Shown in pieces: positions 1 through 11,399 of a stretch of 64,000 bases of DNA. Location of the stretch: positions 27,962,001 through 28,026,000 of the forward strand of contig JBHGNT010000002.1 of the NCBI GenBank assembly GCA_043228905.1, read 5' to 3'. The stretch's first letter is position 1, and each line of letters opens with the position of its first letter. The position numbers and the translations under genes were made by a program. The DNA is from Azolla caroliniana. Taxonomy: Eukaryota > Plantae > Polypodiophyta. A model generated the notes under the pieces. It ran no database searches, had not been told where the DNA came from, and worked only from the letters and a program-made list of their open reading frames with translations.

Positions 1-11
1 TGATTTATCTA

Positions 12-263
12 TACATTCTTTGCTTATACTCTCTCTCTCTCTCTCTCTCTCTCTTCAATTGGTAAGGGTCCCCAATGGAGACCAGGTGGTCATGGGTTCA
101 ACCCCTACATTCCATTGTGGCATCTAGTGAAATAGAGATATATATGAAGTATATAATAGAGAGGTGGGGAAATTGGGTTTCGAACCCAAGAACAATGCTT
201 GTAGTGTTATCGACTTACAACGATAAAGAGAGAGAGAGAGAGAGAGTATAAGCAAAGAATGTA
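12..263. repeat. Inverted-repeat (fold-back, MITE-like) element with tRNA-like boxes inside
   Basis: TACATTCTTTGCTTATA(CT)n at 12-54 is the reverse complement of (AG)nTATAAGCAAAGAATGTA at ~226-263. GGTTCAACCC lies on + (~95-104) and GGTTCGAAACCC on - (~175-186). Confidence 0.55.
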
Positions 264-1146
264 GGTGTATTAACAAGAAGAGCTCGATAATTATAAGAAA
301 TATATACATGAAGATTAGTGTTGAATCAAAATGGTTCATTAATGACAAGATTACTTGCATATGGCTAAACTATCTAGGAAAAGTTAAAACAAATATGTCC
401 CCTTTGTTTGACAATGACTTGCACAAAGCGTGAGATTTGGGACTTTATAAGTTTATAGTATATTGGGATATCAATTATCAAATTAGGCTACAAGTTTTGT
501 GCCATTAGAGAGTTTCTCAGTAAGTTACTAACCTCCCAAGTTTGATCACGAAGAGTATAACCTAACCAATCAACTAAGTAAAATAATATGCTATGCACAA
601 CCATGGAGCCTTAAATGACATCCACCTTTTATTCTAAACCATTGACAAGCCCAACAAGAGGTCATGGGTGAGGACAATGCAATCCATAATAGAGCTAGCT
701 AGTCAAAGCAAAATTAGGTTCCAAAAGTGATACACCCAAGATAGAGATGAAGATAGAGATAACAAGATGTTGATAATTTAGCTTGTTGCAAGGTATAGTT
801 AAAGAGTCAATTTTTAGGTGCTTATCAAGAAGAATTGAGAGGATATTATCTACAATTTTTTTATTTGTAGTTTGATCATCATGAATATGTTGATGGGTCG
901 GTGTGCAATTGTGTTCACACATAAATGTAGCCCATACTAAGTGTAGATTGCCAAGGGTTTGTGCTCTTACATTAAGTATGCTGATTTCAAATGATAAATT
1001 TTTAACTTTGTCTAGTAACATAGATATAGGTAATGGTGAGAAACATATGATTAGTCAATTCAATGTCATTAGATTTGTTTATTGTGTTTCTCTAACCATT
1101 CATGTTTAAAACTACGAAGCTTATGTGAAGTTTGGTTATCAAAGCC

Positions 1147-1353
1147 AAGGACCCACATCCTAACTTCACTTGAAAAGTTTATCCCTAAATTTTTTTAAGG
1201 ACTAACGTCAAATATAGTAAAAACATGTTAGAAAGAGAAGCATTTAGCAAAGGACCCACTAGCAAAATTCACTTGAAAAGTTTATCTATAAAGATTTTTA
1301 AGGACTAACGTCAAACATAGTAAAAAGATGTTAGAAAGATAAGCATTTAGCAA
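1147..1353. repeat. Tandem duplication, ~103-bp unit x2
   Basis: AAGGACCCAC...TTCACTTGAAAAGTTTATC...AAGGACTAACGTCAAA...AAGCATTTAGCAA occurs twice head-to-tail. Confidence 0.85.
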
Positions 1354-2912
1354 TAGAGGAAGAATGGCAACACATGCAAGCATGCCTATTTGTGAAGATT
1401 TTTAATTCATACAAAGAGGATCATAACGAAAGCACAAAATATATATATATATATAACTTCAGGTTTTAGGATTGTACTTTCGAACGTCGTATCTAAGTTT
1501 GTATCCTCACAATAATATATCCTACGTGTGTGACACGGGTCACTTCAACTATTCCTTTTGTCAATGAAAGTTCCTTTGCCTTCAATTCAAGTCACGGTCA
1601 TTTAAATTTACCTGTGATGCACATATGAGTTATCTTCTTGACAAGAGTTCTTACAAAACTGTGGTTGAAATAAAACCAATATATTACATGTGAAAGGACA
1701 ATGTGAAAGCAACACTTTTGTACATCATGTTTAAGAGACTATAAACTTAAAACACCCCTCATCATCTTATCGACCTACTGTTGTTTATAGATCTATGATA
1801 TTGCCTCCGTGGATTTCTCAAATTTTACATTTTTATATAAACATAACAGTGAAAGATTGTGCTTTGTACCTTAAGGTTGTTGACTCAAGTCTCAAATGGT
1901 TTGATGTTGCATTCATTGTACAAAAATTGCCACCTTGTTTTGCCATTGCTTGCCACTTGATTGGCAATCATGCAAATTTATTGTATTGTAGCAAACATGG
2001 CGTGACATTACACATATATGTACATTTTATGTCTAAGTTCACGTTGGGGAGGTCATGGACACCACATATTAGGACTTGGCTTAACATGTGGTAGGTTATG
2101 ATTGATGAAATTCTTCAGCAAGAACTAGGAAAGTAGCAAGATTTATAGTGGGTTCCCAAGTCTGATCACTATAAGCAATTCACAATGGTATCCAAATCTT
2201 GTCAACCTTGTACTTTAGACCATCAACAAGTTGAATTGGAGGTGGTAGACGGATAGTGTTGTCGAGGAAATCCTCGCGTGTTCACGAAATGTAGCGGAAC
2301 CACCCGGGTCCTGAACTGGAAGGATTCGAAGTTTGTACCAGCTTTCGCGAGAAAGTATTTAAGAGAGATTGAGAGAGATTGAGAAACAGAGATTCCAATT
2401 ATGAGGTAGATTGGGAGAGAGAGAGATAGAGATAGTGATTGACTTCGATTTTGAGAGACAAGATATATCACCAATAAGATAACTAGATTTTATTCTTGTT
2501 TTCTTGATTCAATACATAGCTCCACCTGATTCTTTTTCCTCCGCTCTTTTATATATGTCCCCATGCATATGCATGTCAGGGTGCAAGACATGCATGAAAT
2601 GCATGCGATGCATGTTTGCCACTTGGCGCTCATGCATTACATGTGATGCATGATGTCTATGTCAGTCATCGAAGCTCTTATGTATGAGAATTTACATTTG
2701 AAGAATATAATGAAAAATACAACTTTTAAAGAAATGACTTGGCTTAGTGGTAAGTCAATTGTGTTATGTAAGATTGTCCCTCCTTGTGGGGGAGTCAGCC
2801 GAAAAGCCGAAATCGATAAGGAAGTCGAAACAAGAGTCGGTTGGCCGAAATCGACCAAAAAGCCAAAAAGGGATACAGTCGAATGGAAGTCAATTGAATA
2901 GAAGTTCAAACG

Positions 2913-2914
<2 letters not shown>

Positions 2915-2954
<40 letters not shown>
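2915..2954. repeat. (AC)n microsatellite
   Basis: About 20 AC units. Confidence 0.95.
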
Positions 2955-2960
<6 letters not shown>

Positions 2961-3789
2961 TAGTCATGTATATATGGGTGATAAGTTAGTATATCTATAG
3001 AGAGAGTCGTATTAGCTGCATGTATATGTCGGATAACTCATTGGAAAAAAAACTGTGAGAGAAGCGCGAAAGTGAACCCTTCTCGATTTTTCTCCTTTCC
3101 ATGTGATTTTCGCACCGTTGCCGAAAATCTTCACGACAACGTGATATCGAATATACACATGAACATTGGGTGAATGATAAATCTATAAAATATATGTTAG
3201 AGATTTAAAGGCCACTTTTATATTTGCCACTTCGAGTGTCGAACTATCAATTTCCTTTGAGAAACTAAGAGGATCGTCAAAGTTTTTGACATGTTATGCG
3301 TCATATAGCTAATATTAGCAATCAATATGAGAGTTCAATGACTCTTGCATAAACAAAGTTTCATCATTGTAAACACTTACGGTCATATCTTGGACATCTT
3401 GACACTTCTCAAGGACTAATTACGTGAATTTGTGTTTTGATTGCAAGCTTTCATCTCAATGTGGCTTATCATTGTAAATGCTTACGTTGAGACCTTAGGT
3501 ATCTTGACACTTTTCAAAATCCCGTCATGTGAATTCATGTTTATGATTGCATGCCTTGATTCTCGATGTGGATCAACTTATGAGATTATTATTCGTAAAA
3601 TAGTTAATACCCAATCTTCTATTATATTTTTCTGTGACACATATTTATTTAAATAATTCCACAATTAAATTCAATGTCCTAACCATTAGCATTAGAGCTA
3701 TTTATTTCTTTTTTTGTATAGTTGGTTCATTTGTAATCTAAAATTCATAACTTGAATGAGTGGTGACAGGTCATGCTTAGGTAGATGCG

Positions 3790-3932
3790 TGAGGGCTTAT
3801 GCTACTCGACATGTTGGTTGATGATGGTATGATGGTTATGTTTTCCTGTATGACTTCTTTGTAGCCTTTGGGCATCTTTCCATTAATACTGATGTGAATC
3901 TTTTATCTCAAAAAAGAAAAAAAGAAGAAAAA
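3790..3932 (+). mobile_element. Short 5'-truncated LINE 3' end with A-rich tail
   Basis: TACTCGACATGTTGGTTGATG...TGTAGCCTTTGGGCATCTTTCCATTAATAC...GTGAATCTT plus an A-rich tail; matches the 3' end of the LINE remnant at 12659-12780. Confidence 0.75.
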
Positions 3933-4575
3933 GACTGGTGATAGATCCACACATCATTCATCCTTCCTAAAATGAGAAAATATGATATGGTTAATAATGG
4001 CCAAGGTTGGATTGTCCCATTGTGCACTCATTGATGGCCATGGCCAAGGTTGGATAGTTAGGTATTGCAATATTTCTCAACATTGTGGGATTTCTCTATA
4101 CATATAATAAACATGATCAAATGCATGGGACGTGGTTTTCAAACTTGCATTGAATAAAAAGAATCAGATAACATAAACAATGATATTGCGGTCTATCAAA
4201 AATATCAATATTGGTGATAGAACCAATGCTCAAGGACAATAGGGTCTTTGTTGATGGACGAGTTTATTTCTACAAATAGTTTTTGGCCTTTTTTAATGGA
4301 GGGTTAACAATATTCCTCATTTCCTAAACACCCTTAAGTTTCAATTATTTTGCGACAAATAGGCAAGAACATAAGAGAAACACCAAAGAACATTTGATAG
4401 AGTTGGGGGGAAATGTTAAATAAAGAGTGCCAAGAAGCTTAAAAGAATACGACAAGTTCAAACATGGCCGAAGGCATATAAACCAGAAAAAGTGTCCTTC
4501 ATACATAAAATTGATTCAAAAACAATAGAAGAATATGGGATGTTAATCAACAATTTCTCTAAACCCAAGAAAAGC

Positions 4576-4858
4576 GCATGTGGTAAATTTTGGAGAAACC
4601 TAAAAGTGGAGGAGTACCAAGTTAAGGGAGTTTGCTTTTCATTAGTTTACTTTAGGAGTGAGAACATAAGAGTGCAATCAAACGTTATTGTTTAGAGAGA
4701 GATGTTTTAATGTTGTCGAAAGGCCATAAAAGTAAATTACATGTGGTAAATTTTGGAGAAGCCTATAAAAGTGGAAGGTGTTGAGTCAAAGTAGCTTGCT
4801 TTTTCATGGGCTTCTCTTAGGAGTTAGAACATAAGAGTGCAAGCCAAACATCATTGTT

Positions 4859-4930
<72 letters not shown>

Positions 4931-4953
4931 TCTTAATGTCATCGAAAGGCCAA
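4576..4953. repeat. Local duplication (~150-bp unit) with an (AG)~34 microsatellite in copy 2
   Basis: CATGTGGTAAATTTTGGAGAA...GAACATAAGAGTGCAA...TTGTTT(AG)nATGT..TAATGT..TCGAAAGGCCA at 4576-4727 and 4740-4953. Confidence 0.85.
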
Positions 4954-5379
4954 AGAAACCTACCCACATGACCCCCCAAAAGGACGATTCAAGCTAATCT
5001 TTAATATTGATGCCCAAAGAGAGAGAGGCAGAGAAGAAGAAGACAATGTTTGAGAGATAAAGCAACTTAGAAAAGAGCAATAAGAAGTTCACGAGAGACA
5101 ATAACCACTTGTGCGAGGAGGGGTAGCCAAAGGTGAGAGAACACTATGACACATTGACAAGTTACAATCCACACAAAGAGAAGAAAACCACAACTAAAAC
5201 ATCAATAGTCTTTCCATGTACATGAAATATGAGAGAAGAGGGGCGACGATTTTACTAATATGAAGATTGTATGTATGTATAGAGATGTATATATGGTCCA
5301 TAGATGAATGTGTAGATGGATTGGGACTCTTGCATATATACATATACGGACATGTATACTTAAACATAGACATATGCTT

Positions 5380-5493
5380 ACACATACACATACACATATC
5401 CATACCCATACGGTATACCCATACACATACACATACCCATACGGTATACCCATACACATAGACATACACATACACACATACACACATACACAC

Positions 5494-5560
<67 letters not shown>
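5380..5560. repeat. (ATACAC)n hexanucleotide satellite
   Basis: Long CATACA array with two CCCATACGGTATACCC variants. It generates the spurious MCMC/VYVY/HIHI ORFs. Confidence 0.95.
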
Positions 5561-5578
5561 TTATACTACATAACGCAT

Positions 5579-5649
5579 CATTGGTTGACCAATGGAACCA
5601 ACCATAACTAACACGTGGCGGATGATCGTCACGTGCAGGGAAGCACGTG
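5579..5649 (+). promoter_or_regulatory. G-box/ABRE cluster upstream of the GH1 gene
   Basis: CACGTG at 5612, 5630 and 5644 (the first is ACACGTGGC); inverted CCAAT pair just upstream; ~520 bp before ATG 6166; TATAAG near 6071. Confidence 0.5.
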
Positions 5650-6165
5650 ACTTGAGCCTGGGAAATGAAGCAATAAAAGCGCGAAACGAGCAACTTGCGA
5701 CACGAGAAGATGGAAAACAAAAAATACACAAATAAATCCATCACAAAAAAAGAAGAAGAAAAATGAAAGTTGAAAAAGAATCCATCAAAATATGTATAGA
5801 CTTGACTGAATGAAACAAATCCTGTTTAATAGAAAAGGGATTACTTCTTTTTCTTTTTCTTTTTCTTTTTCTTTTTCTTTTGTTTGTTTAATAGATCTCT
5901 GCTTTGTAAATGAATGTTACAGGGGATTAAATTTAAATGTATTCATTTTTTCAGTCCCAATTTGATCATAATATTAACAAAGAAATCAAACAAAAACTAA
6001 GCATTATTAAATCGAACAGAGTTCAATCAAAAGAAAAAAATAAACAAATCAGGGAGAGATTCTATGCTGTTATAAGGAGAGGGAGAGGGAGAGAGAACAC
6101 AGAGGGTGGCCTTAGTAGAACAGAGGAAACCAAAATACTCTCTGTTCTACTGCAAGCAGGTCACC

Positions 6166-9100
6166 ATGGAAGCTCAGATACTTACTACATTAATCTCCAT
6201 TCTCTTCTTCGTCTCATCATTTCTTCCTCTTTGTATGTGCATAAGAACCAGAATTGGCTATGGTGTGGCTGAATCTGGCCTTTTCCCCAATGGCACCGGA
6301 ATCACTAGAGGCGATTTCCCCCATGACTTCCTCTTTGGCGCCATTACGTCGTCTATGAAGGTTCGTCTAGCCTACAATCTACTTACTAATTCATTGCTAT
6401 GAAGGTTCTTCTAGCTTACTATCTACTTAGTACTAATTCATTGTGTGCCAGTATGATGTTAGTGATGGTGGGTATAATGTGAACTCTAGTTTGTCTGCAT
6501 TAATCTCCCTCGAACCTTGGTTTTGTGCACTGGTTATATGCTAGATCTTGGTGTAGTGCATTAAGTACCTCGCTTATATCTTCAATAATTTAAGGTTATG
6601 CTAATGTGAGCCTAAAGTTTCATCAAACTTTTGCTATATATATGCAACTGTATTTCTTTAACATGGTACTAATCTCAGTGGTATGTGGATCTAACTATTT
6701 CCAAACATTATAATTGTCAATGTGTTAGCATGAAGGGGCCGAATATATCGACAACAAGAGTGAGAACATTTGGGACGTCTATGCACTCAATGAAAGTGAG
6801 ACATATCTCGTCTTAATGTTCAAGTAAGTGCCTGTGCCAAGGATTTAATGCATTCTAACCTACTCTGGGTCTTATTTTATGCTTCCAGATTCCACAATGG
6901 ATGGCGCCGTTCCGGGGCAGTGCGGTGACAATTACATTCAATATAAGGTCAAAAATTTCTCTAATTCATCCAATTGATGCTAAAAGAACCATACCAACAA
7001 TCTTAGTGAGCGATCACAATGTGCTGCTATGTACACCATGAATATACTAAACATATACTACTGTAACTACTCAGTGAGCTTATATGTATGTGACATAATT
7101 TTATAATGTTTTATTTCTAGTTAATGAGGCCTGAGATAGACGGTCCATTTGGCATGAGCATAATAAACATATAGTAATAATCAGTAAGCTTATATGGCAT
7201 AATTTTATGGTTTATTTCTAGTTAATGAGGCCAGAATTGTAGATCCATTTGGCTTGTATACCGCCATTAATTCGTTCCGCACTTGTGTTATAACTAGGGT
7301 GTGGGCATAAACCTAGGTTTAACTTCTATGCATTTTTTAAATTTTTTACTCAACTCTAGTGATGCATATGTCAAAACTGTGATGCTAGTCAGACTAGTTT
7401 GTGACTAGCTTGGTGATATTGATGCATTTTTACTCATAAATTTAATCATGGCCATAACATGTTATCCTTTTGAAAATTTGCTAGAGCGATCATCAATTGC
7501 TGTTGGACATGGGGATGAACTCGTACAGATTGTCGATAGCATGGTCGAGGATCTTCCCAAGTAAGTGGCGTTTCACATGGTTTTTTCAAGGTTAAATTCT
7601 GTATCTATGACAGCTTGATCGTAATGCTTTTGTTGCAATGCCAATAATATATATATATAGATGGGAGTGGAGATGTAAATGAAGTAGCCATAGCACATTA
7701 CAACGCTGTCATTGATGATGTTCTAGAAAAAGGTAAGCAACCTAGCTATGTCCATGATTTTTGAAACTAAAACTATGAAGTCCTGTTTTGTTACGAATGC
7801 TATGTTAAAACTTGAGGTTCCGACCCACAACTTGAATGCCATGAAGCAACAAGTTTTACCAGGAAATTCTGCATAGTTTTATTGAATCCATATTAAGCAC
7901 TTAGTGTGACTTTTAAAGCTATTACTTGATGTATTTATTGAAGGTCAATGTTTTCAGATTGGGCTTTAGCATGTGATGTCTTGTTGTGTGGAATTTTGTC
8001 TCTAGGTCTAGTGCCAATGGTGACCCTTTGGACACAAGATCACCCTCACATCCTCGATGTTAAGTACGGTGGCCCTTTGAATGCACAATTCATGTAAGGC
8101 TCAGCTATCTTTGTCGGGATTAATCCGCTATCCTGTTGAGCAAATTCCTCCTGAATAAGCTAATCCTTCGGATATTTTCCTTTTGGTAAAATTTAGAGAG
8201 GATTTCGCAAACTATGCCGAGACTTGTTTCGCGGCATTCGGGGACCGAGTGAAGTACTGGGTGACTTTCGATGAAGCCAATGATTGGGCAGGGTTAGGGT
8301 ATTCGACCAATCAAAATCCTCCGGGACGATGCACACCCAACATTTTGGGACAAATGAACATGAACTATGGTGACTGCCCAGAAGGTGACTCTGGGACAGA
8401 ACCATACATAGTTGGCCACAATCTTCTCCTTGCCCATGCAGAGGCTGTCAGCATTTATAGAAGCAAATACCAGGTGAGCTCATTGCAAAGGGTTCAAAAT
8501 CCTTTTCTTTTCTTTCTTCCCACATTTTCCAGATAAGTTTGAACTGACTCCATCATTGCAAAAAAAAAGTTGATTATTAGTTGTTTCATGCTAGCATTTT
8601 TGACAGAATTTTGGTCCTGTAATTGTACATAATCACTCATTTGATTTCTCCGACTTTGTTCATTAAGCCGACACAAAATGGTACGGTTGGATTGGCTCTC
8701 TGGTTCAGATGGTCGGAGCCGTTGACGAATTCGACCGAAGATGTGGAGGCAGCACAGAGAGCAACCGATTTCCTTGTTGGATGGTCTCTCTCTCTCTCTC
8801 TTGCTCTGTCTCTGTACATATATGCCCGTGCTCTTTTTTTTTTGTTTCCAATGCATATATACACATATAGTACTGAATTTGTAGTCTGTCTGTATGCTGC
8901 ATACTCATAGACTCAGGGTACTCAACTTCATCATAACTAGTTACTACACTATATATATATATACATATATATATTGATTGAATGATGCTATGTGTAATTT
9001 GCCCCAACATTTGGCCCCCTTGTGGTCAGGTTCTTGGACCCGATATTCTTTGGTGACTACCCTCTGAGCATGCGTGAAAACGTTGGTTCCCGTTTACCCA

Positions 9101-10296
9101 ACTTCACGGACGACCAAATAGCCAAGGTAAAAGGATCACTTGATTTCATCGGCACCAACGTCTTGACAGCCTTCTATGTTTACGACGCCGACTACTATGC
9201 AATAGATGATCGACTCAGCTATTACTTGGATTGGCGAGTGAATGTGACAGGTATAGATAGATTTGAACCACACAACAACAAAAAGTTCAAGGGTTCAGGG
9301 TTTGTTTACGATTTATTTAATGTTTTGGGTTTAGGGTTTATTTAGGATTTACAATGTAGAGTTAGGATTTGTTTAGGATTATTTTCTAGGTTCAGACAAG
9401 ATTTTTTAGCGTTGCAATTTAGGGATTTGATAGTGCTTAGGGTTTATTTTGGGTTTAGGGTAGATTTGGGGCTTGGGGCTTATTTAAGATTAGATTTCGG
9501 GTTTAGGATCACATAAAGGATTCATTGACATGATTATCTTTTAATTTTGACAGGAGAACGGGACGGTGAATACATCGGGAAGGTATGTGATATGTGATTG
9601 TGGATATTGAGCTTTTGATGTAGTTTAATGCTATTCACAAAAACAAAGAGACTTATGCATATTTTAAACCAAATAAAGGGAGACCATGATTATGCGGTGC
9701 CTTGGATCATGAGGAAAACCATCGAATACATCAAAGATAGATACGATAACTTCCCACAAATTATCACACAAACAGGTAACAATTAGTTTCTTGTTGTATT
9801 AGAAGCTTATGCTTGATGATAGATATCAATAACTACGTATGCACACTACTGCCAACTATTTGTGTGTATAGGTTGGGGTATAGAATACAATTACACCGTA
9901 GGATTTGATGACGAAGCCGTGCGAGAAACTCTGGATGATGATGAAAGGGTAGAATTTTTCCAAACTTATTATGACGAACTCATCGTAGCTATTAGGTAAC
10001 AGTCGGATGTGTTTTTATTGTTACATTTTAAACTTAAAATGTTTGCCTCTAATGACTCCAAGATTATCCAACAATTAATCGTAAAATATTTTGGTTATTT
10101 AATGTATGTTTGTAGGGAAGGTGCCAATGTGAAAGGAGTATATGCTTGGTCGTTGATAGATGGCTTTGAGTTCAATTTGGGAATGGGGATACGAGTTGGC
10201 CTTTACTATGTGGACAAAGAGCTCAATAGACACCCAAGGAAGTCGGCACAATGGTTCAAGGAAATGCTCGCCCAGAACAACACCGCACTAGCATAG
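6166..10296 (+). CDS. Secreted glycoside hydrolase family 1 (beta-glucosidase-fold) protein, 533 aa, catalytic nucleophile absent
   Basis: 13 exons: 6166-6360, 6729-6795, 6889-6947, 7485-7560, 7661-7732, 8006-8093, 8197-8473, 8668-8783, 9030-9250, 9554-9582, 9679-9775, 9872-9995, 10116-10296. Total 1602 nt, in frame, all introns GT-AG. Signal peptide; motifs [62 protein letters not shown]. Confidence 0.93.
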
Positions 10297-10509
10297 TCCA
10301 ACTTAATAATAAATAAGATGCACATTCATGATAGAAAGAAACACTCCGACTTCGAGAGGAGTATAGTTTTGCGGGGCCTTCGTAATCGTATGACTATCTA
10401 ACTAATCACTTAGAACTACCTTAACAATCACGTAAGATCCCAAAATTCATGTAGGAGGTGCAATGTAAAGAAGCTAAACTTTTATCGGTGGAATAATCCA
10501 TAGGTTCTG

Positions 10510-10830
10510 AGATATTTATTATTTAATTCAATCATAATCTATGAATGTTTAAATGTTTGTGTTGAATCATGACTACACAAATGATTCGCCTAGGAATATG
10601 CCAATAGAGGTACAATATAGAGGAGTTGAACTTTTCCGTGGAATAAATCATGGCTTTTGAGATATCTAATCCAATTCTTAGTTTGTGAAGATTTTAGTAT
10701 TGAATCATGATACACAAGCGATTCAATTATGAATATGTCAATTGATTCATAATCATGATACACAAATGATTCGCCTAGGAAATATGCCAAACTTTTTTCA
10801 ATGGAATAATTAATCACTTTTGAGATATTT
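10510..10830. repeat. Degenerate local repeats 3' of the GH1 gene
   Basis: TGAATCATGA(C)TACACAAATGATTCGCCTAGGA-like unit near 10563, 10701 and 10751. Confidence 0.6.
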
Positions 10831-11399
10831 GATTCAATTCACACTTTGTAAAAGTTTTAGTTTTGAGCCATGTCTCTACACAACAAAATCACATTGTTTT
10901 TATATGTAAGTTAGCTTATGCAATATTGCACGTGTAAAAACATGTTTGTGGGAATCAATATTATATTATGATAATGCTTACGATGTGAGATGGTTTTTGC
11001 CACTTGAAGCTTTCGTTGAAACAATTGCTCGCACTGATATGGTTCACTTGATCAATACCTTGTCATTCTCACTTCATGTCCATTTGATGTTAATGAAGTT
11101 GTAGAAATCATACAACAATTGTTTGTTTGTTCAAATTTCTAATTGCAACAAAAATATTCGCACATTTCTTAGTTTGTCCATGATAATCATCAAACTAGAC
11201 TTCATATGTATTCGCAAATGTGAATAATGCATAGGCTTCATAGGATATGAAAACTAATTGGTTGTGACACTAAGCAAAGAGAGTAGTATGGTGCACCAAA
11301 CCCTCATATTGAACCCACTATTTACATCAGAGGAGGAGGTAATGTTAGGGAAGAGAACTAGGTTGAAGTGGGCTGATTTTGATAGAGGTGAAGTTGAGT

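Noticed and set aside
54-115. Functional tRNA gene
   Set aside because: Only A/B-box-like remnants; no acceptor stem or cloverleaf can be formed.
2257-2641. Possible solo LTR (TG...CA, CpG-richer)
   Set aside because: No matching TSD and no second copy in the window.
5194-5744. ORFs of MCMC/VYVY/HIHI repeats
   Set aside because: Translations of the (ATACAC)n satellite; no sign of real coding.
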